From assembly GCA_020353515.1 (NCBI GenBank), contig CP070695.1, positions 2,886,639 through 2,905,130 on the forward strand: a DNA stretch of 18,492 nt, in the 5' to 3' direction. This document shows positions 1 through 8,510 of this stretch, piece by piece. Origin of the DNA: Candidatus Heimdallarchaeota archaeon. Its GTDB lineage: Archaea > Asgardarchaeota > Heimdallarchaeia > Hodarchaeales > Hodarchaeaceae. The notes under the pieces are model-generated. The model was not told where the DNA came from. It made no database searches and saw nothing but the letters and a program-made list of their open reading frames with translations. The stretch's first letter is position 1. Every line of letters starts with the position of its first letter. Made by a program: the position numbers and the translations under genes.

Positions 1-1447
1 CTTCATCTATTTCGATTTCTAAAATCCTTGAATGCCCTGATGAATTTTCTATTGTCATAGTGGACGGATTCGATTGGTTAAACAGGTCATTATCATAAAG
101 GATGAACTTATTTGCACTGATCCGTTCTAACCCATGTGGATGGCAGAAAAGAGTATTTACCTCTTCTTCTGCTTTATTAAGCAAAGTGAACTCCCCACCA
201 CGACCAGCATCCCAAATTACTTCTTTCGATGTATAATTGATTTTCAGAATTGTATCTAGATTGCGTACATTCAAATAAATGAATTTTTCGTCTTTATCCC
301 AAACAAAACTATTGGAATGCATCCAATCAGCCCCCCCACGGAATGTCTCATTCACACCTAAGCTTTCATGTCGTGTAGTATTGAATGGAAAATAAATACG
401 GGGATCCCACTGCCATACTACATCCCCCACCCAGTTATATTCCGAGAGAAGGTCATAAATCACAGACACATTATTCCCCCCCCAAAGTTCATCAGAATAA
501 GCATATTCTAATACCATAAATGTGTCTGTGGTGGGATTATAATCAAGATCGTGATGCCCACATGGAACCTCTAATGTTTCGACCTTTCCTGTCTTATAAT
601 TCCATAATTCCATAAATCCAGGATCTTGTCCTCCCATCATGATGGTAGTTGAATTAATGAATTTATGTACAGAATGACCAGAATTTCCTAGTTGTGCGAT
701 AATTTCCCCATCGTGGTTTACAATAAAAACTGTGCCTGATCCTATTTGTGACATATGTTGCTCTCCAAGATGATTAGGATTGAGGGTGACATTTACGCAG
801 GGAAAGAGAGTTAATCCTTCTTCTATATAGAGATCTTCGTTATTTGAAGTGATCTCAATAGTAGGTCCACCAAATCTAATTGGGGTGTAAGTATCCATCA
901 CAGTAGCACTGACGACTAAAACAATTTGAGCAACTTTTAGCGCGTTCTCAAAAACACCTTCATATGTTAAATCACCTTCCAGAAAAGCCGACAATGGGGT
1001 TTTATCTTGTTTTAGTATATCAGTAAAAGTTTTAAAGTTTAATTTGATCAATAGATCGTAGTCTTGAGGAGGGTTGGTATCAACTTCTATAATGGCTACA
1101 TTATTTTCAATAATCCACCACATATCATATGTCGAGTTATCAATTTCAAACATAACGGTCTGTTTCCACCCCTTAATTAATGCAAGAATATCTGGACAGT
1201 TATCTGCCATCCATTGACTAAAATTCAGGAATGTCAACCTATCTTTTTCCCAAGAAAACGTATGATTCTCTAATTTCTCTTTTATATCATTTCGAGCAAC
1301 GATGATATGTTCTGGAGCGTCATCCAAATTAAATGGTTGAGCTTTTTCTCCCATTTTGAGAATATTAGTAATAATGAAGAGAGTAGGGATACTAAGTATT
1401 AATATGATAACACTGAGAATTGCGAGGATTTTCACTGATTTCCGCAT
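1..1447 (-). CDS. Membrane-anchored/secreted arylsulfotransferase (ASST-like beta-propeller) with N-terminal SCP2-like lipid-binding domain; 3'-partial
   Basis: Not in the ORF track because there is no stop in the window. Hand translation from ATG 1447 is open to the edge: MRKSVKILAILSVIILILSIPTLFIITNIL (signal/TM); FTDILKQDKTPLSAFLEGDLTYEGVFENALKV (SCP2-like); GHHDLDY, VVWQWD, DWMHSNS, HPHGLE, LYDND (ASST-type His motifs). SD AGGTGA lies 7 nt upstream. Confidence 0.8.
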   Translation of the reverse strand, partial: MRKSVKILAILSVIILILSIPTLFIITNILKMGEKAQPFNLDDAPEHIIVARNDIKEKLENHTFSWEKDRLTFLNFSQWMADNCPDILALIKGWKQTVMFEIDNSTYDMWWIIENNVAIIEVDTNPPQDYDLLIKLNFKTFTDILKQDKTPLSAFLEGDLTYEGVFENALKVAQIVLVVSATVMDTYTPIRFGGPTIEITSNNEDLYIEEGLTLFPCVNVTLNPNHLGEQHMSQIGSGTVFIVNHDGEIIAQLGNSGHSVHKFINSTTIMMGGQDPGFMELWNYKTGKVETLEVPCGHHDLDYNPTTDTFMVLEYAYSDELWGGNNVSVIYDLLSEYNWVGDVVWQWDPRIYFPFNTTRHESLGVNETFRGGADWMHSNSFVWDKDEKFIYLNVRNLDTILKINYTSKEVIWDAGRGGEFTLLNKAEEEVNTLFCHPHGLERISANKFILYDNDLFNQSNPSTMTIENSSGHSRILEIEIDE

Positions 1448-1454
1448 GGATGAG

Positions 1455-1460
1455 TCACCT
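1455..1460 (-). promoter_or_regulatory. Shine-Dalgarno AGGTGA
   Basis: Plus-strand tcacct at 1455-1460, 7 nt before ATG 1447. Confidence 0.7.
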
Positions 1461-1497
1461 TAGATGTAATAATATAAATGTAACTTTTCGTGAATAA

Positions 1498-2646
1498 TTA
1501 GAAAACATACCCATACTTTTCTGCAATTTCCCCCGTTATTTGGATGATTTTTTCTTGTTCCTTGGTTGAGAATTTAGAGATATAATAAGTAGGTTTTGTT
1601 AATCGCTTAGAATAGTATTTTTTAATCTTACGAAATTTCTTTGGATCCACTTCTATATGGTCGATGATTTTATTTATCGTTGCCTCAGATTCTTCACAAA
1701 GATCTTCATAACGAACCATTAGACTCGCTTTGGCTAGATTCGTGTTCCTTTGTAATGTTTTATGAATATATGAGTATGCTTCTGCCCAATAAACAGCCCA
1801 CCCTTCTATATATGTTTCTTTACGCTTCCAAAAAGCACGAATTTTTTGCACAATTTTTGGATTGTTAAAATTGATACAGACTTTTGCGGTTCCGAACTCC
1901 CTATGCCCGATTAATTTTGTCCAATCCAGTAATCGGGGATCGTTATGTTCCAATTCTTTTAATATTCCATCTTGTTTGGCTAGAGAAGCTATATGGTCAA
2001 AGGGGTTCCTGATAATGATGATAAATTTAACATCAGGGAATAATTTTTGTAAATATTCCATTCTAGCGACGTTATAATTGTTTTTTGCTATATAACGAGA
2101 GGCGTTTCGATTAATCAATAGCTTTTTCAGATGGTCAGAATAAAATCTTTCGAATTGTGGATTTTGAGTTGTTGTGTCCAAGATATTAGATTTAGTTTCA
2201 TCATGGGTATTCTTAAAGAATCTCTGCCAGAATATTTCCTCAACAGCCTCAGGACTATCTCGAGTGACTGCTATTCTATCTTTATGGAGCCTTTCTACTG
2301 GTGATTTCATTATAGGAGTATAATCTGCAATATTTTGAGTCCAATGTGGTGAATATGGTAAAACCATATGTAAATATCTATGTGCAGCCACGTCAGGATG
2401 TTTATTGAGCATTTCAAGAGTAATTGTAGTTCCTGCTCTTGCCAATCCCGTTACATATATCGGTCGATCGATAATGGTCTTTTCCATTCTTTTCTTCAGT
2501 TGGTATGATTCAACAGTATGAACGATATTCGCAAGAGGAGAGAAAGTATGAAAAAATTTGACAATAAAATACATTGGTGCTGGGAAGTCAAATTCTTTGA
2601 GTTTTTTTGTTTCTGTTTTCTTGATTTTGATCAAGGGACTTTTCAC
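1498..2646 (-). CDS. PAPS-dependent sulfotransferase (Sulfotransfer_3-like)
   Basis: 5'-PSB loop RPIYVTGLARAGTT, 3'-PB motif IIIRNPFDHIASL, VRYEDL, C-terminal YGY. The GTG start is uncertain; the ATG at MYFIVK is an alternative. Confidence 0.9.
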   Translation of the reverse strand: MKSPLIKIKKTETKKLKEFDFPAPMYFIVKFFHTFSPLANIVHTVESYQLKKRMEKTIIDRPIYVTGLARAGTTITLEMLNKHPDVAAHRYLHMVLPYSPHWTQNIADYTPIMKSPVERLHKDRIAVTRDSPEAVEEIFWQRFFKNTHDETKSNILDTTTQNPQFERFYSDHLKKLLINRNASRYIAKNNYNVARMEYLQKLFPDVKFIIIIRNPFDHIASLAKQDGILKELEHNDPRLLDWTKLIGHREFGTAKVCINFNNPKIVQKIRAFWKRKETYIEGWAVYWAEAYSYIHKTLQRNTNLAKASLMVRYEDLCEESEATINKIIDHIEVDPKKFRKIKKYYSKRLTKPTYYISKFSTKEQEKIIQITGEIAEKYGYVF

Positions 2647-3028
2647 GTCTATTTTACATATTGGATCTCATTTTGTAGATGAAAATAAATATCTAATTAG
2701 TGTTTATAGGCAATGAAGGATTAAACAATGTTTCTGTTTAATATTTTTGTATTTATTAAGAAAAAGACTCATAGAAAGTTGTAGAATTTCATTATACTGG
2801 ATGTAAAAGCTTAAGATACTTTTTATTTGTCAATTAGATAGTTGATTACAATATGAATGAGAACATTATAGTGATTTTTTCAAAGGCACTATTATTTTCA
2901 TTCCATTTTACATTTTTAAAAGTTCATATGAGGCATAAAGAAGAGAAAAAATTAGAATATTTCATGAGAAATAATAAATGGTCTTAAAATAATTTCTTGA
3001 TTTATTATCCTCCAGGATTGTATGAGAT

Positions 3029-4912
3029 ATGCCTCTAAACAGCTCTAAAAAGGATTCTAAAGGAAGAACGTTTAAGTTTCAAGCTGAGATTCAACGAGTG
3101 CTAGACATTCTGATAAATCGTTTATATAAAAACCGAGAAATTTTCCTTAGGGAATTAATTTCCAATTCTGCTGATGCTTTACATCGGATGCGAATCGTAC
3201 AATTTGAAACGAAAGATTCTATCCTTGATCCTGATATTGAACTTGGAATTAAAATTACATTCGATGAGAATGAAAATACCTTAACAATTTCGGATACAGG
3301 CGTTGGAATGTCCTATCAGGAGATCAAGACCAACCTTGGTACTATTGCTCAAAGTGGAACTCTAGAATTTTTACAGCAATTAGAAGAGTCCCCTGATGCA
3401 ATTAACTTAATTGGTCAATTTGGTGTTGGATTCTACAGTTCCTTCATTGTGGCAAAGGAGGTTGTTGTCCGTTCTCGTTCGTATCCAGAAGATTCTCGAG
3501 GAGTAGAATGGCGATCCGACGGATCAGGTAAGTTTTCAGTCGCCTATGTTGACAAAGCTGACAGGGGAACTGAAGTTATTCTTTATCTAAAGGATGATAC
3601 CAAGGAGTTTGCTAATAGGTTTAAACTGGAATCCATTGTCAAAAAGTACAGTGATTTTGTAGGTTTTCCCATTCGTATTGCAGATGATGACCAAATTGTG
3701 AATCGTCAAGTTCCTATTTGGTACCAATCTGATGAAGTTACTGATGAAGAATTTAACGAGTTTTATCGTCAAGTGAGTTTAGATTGGACGGAACCTTTCC
3801 ATCGGATTCAACTAAACGTTGATGCTCCAATCCAATTTCGCGCACTGCTGTTTTTACCCAAACAACGCAGTCGAATGATGATGACATCTATGTATCAAGA
3901 TTATGGTCTCCGTTTATACAGTAAGAAAATCTTAGTTCAAGAAAAAGCGAAGGATCTTCTGCCTGAATACCTTCGATTCGTTTTTGGCGTGGTCGATAGT
4001 GAGGACCTTCCACTCAATGTATCCAGAGAAGTGATTCAGGTAGATCGAACTATACGTCGGATATCAAAAGTTATTACTGGCAGAATACTTGATGAGCTTG
4101 AGAAAATTGATGAGGATAAATATTTAGAATGGTGGGAACAATTTGGGGTGTTCATTAAAGAAGGCATTTCTCAAGATGAGAAACGACGTAAAAAGCTTCT
4201 AAATCAGCTTAGGGTAAGAACCTCAAAATCAGAAGATCAACTTATTGCCTTAACCAAATACGTTGAACAAATGCCGGATGTGCAGGAAGAGATCCTTTTT
4301 CTTCTAGGTGAAAGTCTCCCGATTCTAAAACGCAGTCCTCATTTAGAACACTATAGAAAAGTAGATCAAGAAGTAATTCTTTTCTCAGAACCTATAGATA
4401 GTTTCGTCGTTATGCATGTAACTGAATTTCAAGGTAAGAAATTCAAAGCTATTGACCAAGCAGAAGCGGAACCCTTTAAGGATGAGGATAAAGAGGAAGA
4501 AGAAACAAAGGAAGAGAAAGAAGAACCAGAGAAGGATCCATTCCTAACCCACTTAAAAGAAATACTAGAAGATCGAATTATTGATATAAAATATACTGAT
4601 TTTTTAACAGATAGTCCTTGTCGTCTTGTGAATCCTTCAGGCACTACAGCATTCACTCGAGTCTTAAAGTATATGGATGAAAACTATGTTCCTCAAAAGA
4701 AGATCATGGAAATCAATCCAGACCATTCTCTAATAATTAATTTAAATTCTTTATTTGAAAAAGACCCAGAGTCTCCTCTTATTCAAATATGTGCTTTCCA
4801 GTTGTTAGAAAATCAAGAATTAGCTGAAGGATCGTTACAAGATCCGACTGATATGATTAAACGAGTGAATCAACTGATGCAACAAGCCTTGGGAATAAAT
4901 CGAAATTCGTAG
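3029..4912 (+). CDS. htpG: Molecular chaperone Hsp90/HtpG
   Basis: FQAE, LYKNREIFLRELISNSADAL, DTGVGM, NLGTIAQSGT, IGQFGVGFYSSF, GVVDSEDLPLNVSRE, MEINPDH. No long N-M charged linker and no MEEVD, so HtpG/TRAP1 type. Confidence 0.97.
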   Translation: MPLNSSKKDSKGRTFKFQAEIQRVLDILINRLYKNREIFLRELISNSADALHRMRIVQFETKDSILDPDIELGIKITFDENENTLTISDTGVGMSYQEIKTNLGTIAQSGTLEFLQQLEESPDAINLIGQFGVGFYSSFIVAKEVVVRSRSYPEDSRGVEWRSDGSGKFSVAYVDKADRGTEVILYLKDDTKEFANRFKLESIVKKYSDFVGFPIRIADDDQIVNRQVPIWYQSDEVTDEEFNEFYRQVSLDWTEPFHRIQLNVDAPIQFRALLFLPKQRSRMMMTSMYQDYGLRLYSKKILVQEKAKDLLPEYLRFVFGVVDSEDLPLNVSREVIQVDRTIRRISKVITGRILDELEKIDEDKYLEWWEQFGVFIKEGISQDEKRRKKLLNQLRVRTSKSEDQLIALTKYVEQMPDVQEEILFLLGESLPILKRSPHLEHYRKVDQEVILFSEPIDSFVVMHVTEFQGKKFKAIDQAEAEPFKDEDKEEEETKEEKEEPEKDPFLTHLKEILEDRIIDIKYTDFLTDSPCRLVNPSGTTAFTRVLKYMDENYVPQKKIMEINPDHSLIINLNSLFEKDPESPLIQICAFQLLENQELAEGSLQDPTDMIKRVNQLMQQALGINRNS

Positions 4913-4987
4913 ATAATTTTATCAATAGCTATTGTTATGACAAAGCTACTGATTAATACTTACTATTAATTAAGAGATGCTTTTGAA

Positions 4988-6013
4988 ATGCCAAGGAATG
5001 ATACAAAAAAAGGCACTAGTGCGACTGAGGGGTTGATTATAACCATTTTTGAGGATTATGGTCCTCAGAACATCTATAATTCTTCTCCATTATCTGAGGA
5101 AGAGGCTTTCAATCTTGCTATTAAATCTTTAACTGCACTAAGTTCAGATATTCCCCAATTTGGAGAGATTCGTTCTTATGGACCAATACCAACACCTCGG
5201 GATCCCTTCTTAACAATTGGATTCATTTTTTCTTTAAAAGCAGTGGATTCTGAAGATGTTCGTATTACTCAGTTTGGTAGAATAGTAGTTTTTTGGGTCA
5301 TAACGCGATCTAGCTCAACAGTAAAATATGTTGGTGTTCTAAAGCAATTGTTACGGAGAACAATTCGGTCATATAAGATACGTACAGATATTGATCTTAA
5401 TAATAAGGAAGTATTGAAAAAAATTGATGAGAAATTGCAGATTATAGAGACTGGTATTGAGTCGTTTTATTTAACAGATAGGGGGACGTTTGAACCTTTT
5501 TTAGAACTCGCTCTTCTTCCTACAAACGCTCCAATTATGTTGGTCGATAACCCAAATAAGCAGATAAATGTTTTATTACGAGAAGAAGTTACACCTTCAC
5601 TTAAACTTAATATGCTACATCTTACTAAGAATTTCGCGGGGAAACTGCCCAAAGGATCCCTCTACAAAGTAGAAATTATATCAGATGAGTTAACTGTTCA
5701 AAGAATGCTTTCTAAAATTGGGTTGATCTCTCAAACCGAAACAGGCTTTCAATATCGAATCCGATTTACCTCTCAACTCTCCTACGATGAAGTTGATGAA
5801 TGTTTAAATTCTCTCTTTACTCAGAAAAGACAATCATTGGCAAAATTGATTGTCCTTTCATATGAGAAGAAATCTCCATTAAACCTTGAGGAGGCTGCAG
5901 TTCAAACAGGAATTTGTGAAGCAATGGTAAAAGATTTAATTTTTGGTTTAATAGATGTTGGTCTTGTTAAAAATGGGAAAATCGAGAATGGCTTTTTAAG
6001 TTTCAATAAGTAG
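4988..6013 (+). CDS. Longin/uDENN-like + possible gelsolin-like + C-terminal winged-helix (PCI-like) protein, paralog 1
   Basis: 341-aa ORF colinear with 6101..7138. IITIFEDYGPQ hairpin; FIFSLKA..DVRITQFGRIVVFWVI; C-terminal LNLEEAAVQTGICEAMVKDLIFGLIDVGLVKNGKIENG. CDS is secure; domain calls are inferred. Confidence 0.65.
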   Translation: MPRNDTKKGTSATEGLIITIFEDYGPQNIYNSSPLSEEEAFNLAIKSLTALSSDIPQFGEIRSYGPIPTPRDPFLTIGFIFSLKAVDSEDVRITQFGRIVVFWVITRSSSTVKYVGVLKQLLRRTIRSYKIRTDIDLNNKEVLKKIDEKLQIIETGIESFYLTDRGTFEPFLELALLPTNAPIMLVDNPNKQINVLLREEVTPSLKLNMLHLTKNFAGKLPKGSLYKVEIISDELTVQRMLSKIGLISQTETGFQYRIRFTSQLSYDEVDECLNSLFTQKRQSLAKLIVLSYEKKSPLNLEEAAVQTGICEAMVKDLIFGLIDVGLVKNGKIENGFLSFNK

Positions 6014-6100
6014 ATTTGTGGCTAAGCAGATTACTTATTATTTCAGCCTCAGATATAAAAAAAATATGAATCAGAGTTTTAAGAAATGTAGGTTTAAGCC

Positions 6101-7138
6101 ATGAGTAAGGAAAATACGTCTAGTGGAAGCACAATAACAGATGGTTTAATTATTTCAGTTTTTGAAGATAATGGTCCTGTTAATGTATATAATTCTTCCC
6201 CGTTAAACGAAAGTGAAGCATTTAATATGGTTTTAAAGGCATTACCAGCAATAGGCTCTGATGTTCCACTAGAACATGGGGAAATACGTTCATACGGGCT
6301 TATACCAACACCCAAAGAACCTTTTTTATGTTTAAGTTTTATTTTTATGCTGAAAGCAGAGAAAACAGATGACTCTAGGATTGCTCGTTTTGGACGAATA
6401 ATAGTATTCTGGATAATAACAAGATCTTCTGCCCTAATGAAATATATTGGACTTATCAAGCGCATGATTAGGCGAGAAATTCAAATTTACCACATTAAAA
6501 CTGATACTGATCTGAAAAAAGAGGAAATTATGAGAAAGATTGATAAGAGAATCCAAATCATTGAAGTAGGTATTGAGAGTTATTATATCTCTGATATGAA
6601 TTCAATTGAGTCATTTTTAGATCTTGCATTTGTTCCTAAAGAAGCGCCAATTATGTTGGTGGATAAGCCAAATAATCAAATTAAGGTGTTATTGAGAAGC
6701 CATTCTAATCCGAGTAGAAAAATGGAATTATTACAGTTAGTAAACGATTATAAGAGAAACATTCCAAAGGGTACGATCTATAAAACAGAAATAATCTCTG
6801 ATTCTCTTACAGTTCAACAATTATTAGCTAAGACTGGTTTTATTACTCAATTTGATATTGGTACTACCATTAGACTTCGATTTACTAATGAGCTGACCTT
6901 TGAGGAGCTTGACAGCTTTTTTAACTTTCATCTTACACCTAAAAGGCAGCAGTTGGTTACTCAAATTATACAAGCTACTGATAGCAAAATTCCATTAAAT
7001 CTGTATGAATTATCGGTCCAAACCGGGATAACAATGGAATTAATTGAAGAGTTTATTGCGAGTGCTATAAACTCGGGATTAATTCAAGATTTCGAAATTA
7101 AGAATGGATCCCTTGTTTTTATAAAAGAAGTGGAATAG
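6101..7138 (+). CDS. Longin/uDENN-like + possible gelsolin-like + C-terminal winged-helix protein, paralog 2
   Basis: 345-aa ORF sharing YNSSPL, EAFN, GEIRSYG, IPTP, FGRI, FW-ITRSS, APIMLVD, PKG, EIISD, PLNL and QTGI with paralog 1. Confidence 0.65.
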   Translation: MSKENTSSGSTITDGLIISVFEDNGPVNVYNSSPLNESEAFNMVLKALPAIGSDVPLEHGEIRSYGLIPTPKEPFLCLSFIFMLKAEKTDDSRIARFGRIIVFWIITRSSALMKYIGLIKRMIRREIQIYHIKTDTDLKKEEIMRKIDKRIQIIEVGIESYYISDMNSIESFLDLAFVPKEAPIMLVDKPNNQIKVLLRSHSNPSRKMELLQLVNDYKRNIPKGTIYKTEIISDSLTVQQLLAKTGFITQFDIGTTIRLRFTNELTFEELDSFFNFHLTPKRQQLVTQIIQATDSKIPLNLYELSVQTGITMELIEEFIASAINSGLIQDFEIKNGSLVFIKEVE

Positions 7139-7201
7139 TCTCTTCAAAGCAGTATATGTAAAAATTTATCTTTTAACCTCGTTATTATATCATTTTTAAA
7201 A

Positions 7202-8113
7202 TTATAAAAGACCTCGAACGATATTGGCGATTTGTTCCATTTTAACAAGCACATAATGAAGAGGTGCGACCTTCTTGGCAATTCCAGTAAGAAGGAGTTC
7301 CTCTTTAATTTTATGAAAGACAAACATATAATCATCTGTTTCTAAAGTCGTTTTAAAGGTAACTTCAGTCTCGAACTCAGTTTTAATTCTATCGTAATTA
7401 GTTAACCAGAGATTAGCTGGAAGGATGATTCTTTCCACTAATTCACCCTCTTCAAATACAGGTAATCCATCATCAGTATATATTGCGATTCCTGATAGCT
7501 CGCTATGTTGTTTGATGAATTCCTGTATTGCATCAGATACAGTTTTTGCCTTTGTACTCTGGAGTATTAATGTTTGTATCATTTCACCAATAGCCAAGTA
7601 TATTGATTGATCAAAGATTGAAGTTTTACGATAATAAATTTTAATATCTTTGACAGGAATAAAATACTGTTTCATGGTTTCACTAACTTGCTCACGCATA
7701 TCAGGCAGTAAAAGATCAAGTTTATGAAATAAGCAAAAAACAATGGCGCTAGGAGAAAACTCTGCCAGTCTATTTACTGCGTGATCAAAATAAAATTTAC
7801 TTGTTGAGACTTGATCAAAATTACTAACATCAACTACCCAAACAAGAATTGTAACATCACTAAATATGAATTCAGCCTGTTCTCCGACAAATACAGAAAT
7901 AAAACTCTCTTGGCCACCACAATCAAAAATCTGGAATGCACTATCAATGATGCTTTTTGTTGAACGCGTGTAATTTATTGTCGCAGAATAATCTTTTACA
8001 TCCTCTGGTGATTTTCCTTCGAAAACTACTGACCTAATGCTACTCTTACCACTCGCTCCAAGTCCCATGAATAGTACTTTTTGCGCTGGAGGTGTTATTG
8101 TCAATAACTTCAA
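7202..8113 (-). CDS. Rag/Gtr1-family (RagA-like) small GTPase with C-terminal roadblock-like domain
   Basis: G1 KVLFMGLGASGKSSIRSVVF, G2 SATINY, G3 FDCGGQ, G4 FCLFHKLDL, G5 KTSIFD match RagA/Gtr1 motifs. C-terminal LSGIAIYTDDGLPV...LLLTGIA is roadblock-like. The true start may be TTG at 8104, which has GAGG 9 nt upstream. Confidence 0.9.
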   Translation of the reverse strand: MKLLTITPPAQKVLFMGLGASGKSSIRSVVFEGKSPEDVKDYSATINYTRSTKSIIDSAFQIFDCGGQESFISVFVGEQAEFIFSDVTILVWVVDVSNFDQVSTSKFYFDHAVNRLAEFSPSAIVFCLFHKLDLLLPDMREQVSETMKQYFIPVKDIKIYYRKTSIFDQSIYLAIGEMIQTLILQSTKAKTVSDAIQEFIKQHSELSGIAIYTDDGLPVFEEGELVERIILPANLWLTNYDRIKTEFETEVTFKTTLETDDYMFVFHKIKEELLLTGIAKKVAPLHYVLVKMEQIANIVRGLL

Positions 8114-8510
8114 CCTCTTGCTAGTTTCTTTTCTTTAGGTGAGATATAATGAAATTTCTTTTAAATTTATCTGAACAGTAGTATGAAGTTTAAATAAAGA
8201 GAGTTTTCTTAAAACTTGTTTTGGAATTATTAACTCCCTCATTACATGTATCATTTTCAACTCTGATGAAACATGAGTTGATTTCTCAGATTACGAAATC
8301 TATTGAATATGGGTCACCATATTATTTTAACTTAAAAATAAAGTCGAACTAGTAATAGCTAAAACTTGAATTGTCCATTAATCAAGATTATCTGTATTTT
8401 GCATACATGATGAGAGGTTTTTCAGTACTATTTATAACATACAGGAAATTAAAAAACTTAAACATAAAAAAAAACTGGCCAAGTTAGTTGGTCAATAACT
8501 TTAGGTTTAA
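8114..8510. promoter_or_regulatory. Divergent promoter region between the two GTPase genes
   Basis: 397-bp AT-rich gap between head-to-head genes. TATA-like TTTATAA at 8431-8437 (+) and TTTAAAA at 8165-8159 (-). Specificity is low in AT-rich DNA. Confidence 0.4.

Noticed and set aside
1680-2077. Plus-strand ORFs 1680..1868 and 1862..2077
   Set aside because: Antisense shadows inside the sulfotransferase, with no motifs.
4480-4535. GAA/GAG-rich tract as a DNA repeat
   Set aside because: Encodes the acidic segment DEDKEEEETKEEKEEPEKD of HtpG; no regular repeat unit.
3587-4656. Minus-strand ORFs 3587..3772 and 4429..4656
   Set aside because: Antisense to htpG; the Ser-rich one mirrors the Glu/Lys-rich stretch.
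5467-7610. ORFs 5467..5652, 6094..6465, 7144..7335 and 7425..7610
   Set aside because: Overlap well-supported genes in antisense or alternative frames.
8476-8494. Imperfect inverted repeat TGGCCAA-N5-TTGGTCA upstream of the long GTPase
   Set aside because: Short, mismatched and single-copy; not distinguishable from chance.
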